Shown in pieces: positions 31,930-32,024 of a DNA stretch of 32,024 nucleotides. The DNA comes from a virus: IMG/VR virus record IMGVR_UViG_3300045988_164286, positions 1-32,024 of that record. One strand, given 5' to 3'. The position numbers were made by a program, and so were the translations under genes. The notes below the pieces were generated by a model. It was not told where the DNA came from, did no database searches, and saw nothing but the letters and a program-made list of their open reading frames with translations. Each line of letters starts with the position of its first letter. Positions within the stretch are counted from its first letter, which is position 1.

Positions 31930-32024
31930 CGCTATCACCTAGGTTTTCAAGCTGCTCAGCGATACGCCCTAATTCAACGTAAGGGTTAACGCCTATCGAA
32001 GTAGCTTCATCTTCTAAGACATGC
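31922..32024 (-). CDS. C-terminal end of the junction-spanning gene (same gene as 1..450)
   Basis: Frame continues ...VNPYVELGRIAEQLENLGDSDD*. The stop overlaps the ATG of the next gene (GATGACTAG). Confidence 0.6.
   Translation of the reverse strand, partial: HVLEDEATSIGVNPYVELGRIAEQLENLGDSDD
31970..32024. repeat. Terminal direct repeat, copy 2
   Basis: Exact 55-bp match to positions 1-55. Confidence 0.9.

Overview
The window reads as one complete, circularly closed genome of a temperate siphovirus-type phage: 31,969 bp unique sequence plus an exact 55-bp end overlap. The host is Gram-positive, judging from an LPXTG surface protein, a GH25 lysin with cell-wall-binding repeats and an LL-H/phiLC3-type holin. 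Nearly all genes lie on the minus strand as one lytic programme. It runs from a Cro-like switch gene (2781) through antirepressor and Xis-like HTH genes, then across the circular junction. It continues with a Zn-ribbon protein, an orphan methyltransferase, a DUF4406-like protein, two micro-peptides, an LPXTG adhesin, a small HeH-like protein, a second tyrosine recombinase and SSB. A sigma-like regulator follows, then HNH, TerS, TerL, portal, MuF, scaffold, capsid, connectors, major tail, G/GT chaperones, tape measure, Dit, a collar-domain protein, Tal/RBP, holin and endolysin. A first integrase ends the series. The plus strand carries only a CI-like repressor with a downstream two-gene cassette, an IS3-family element, and possibly one small tail-anchored ORF. 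Main second-look items: (1) a RexAB-like pair (305-aa soluble protein plus 176-aa 4-TM protein) co-transcribed with the repressor, a candidate new prophage defence/exclusion system; (2) the tape measure gene is split by a 288-nt ORF-less insert with group I intron hallmarks; (3) a second intact tyrosine recombinase is translationally coupled to an LPXTG adhesin operon inside the early region; (4) an intact IS3 element with a 3-bp target duplication sits in the loop of the lysis-operon terminator; (5) a MuF protein has an extra AT-rich C-terminal domain next to a structured non-coding island; (6) strong intrinsic terminators sit inside the late operon, implying antitermination. All homology statements come from motif recognition by eye; no database search was run.
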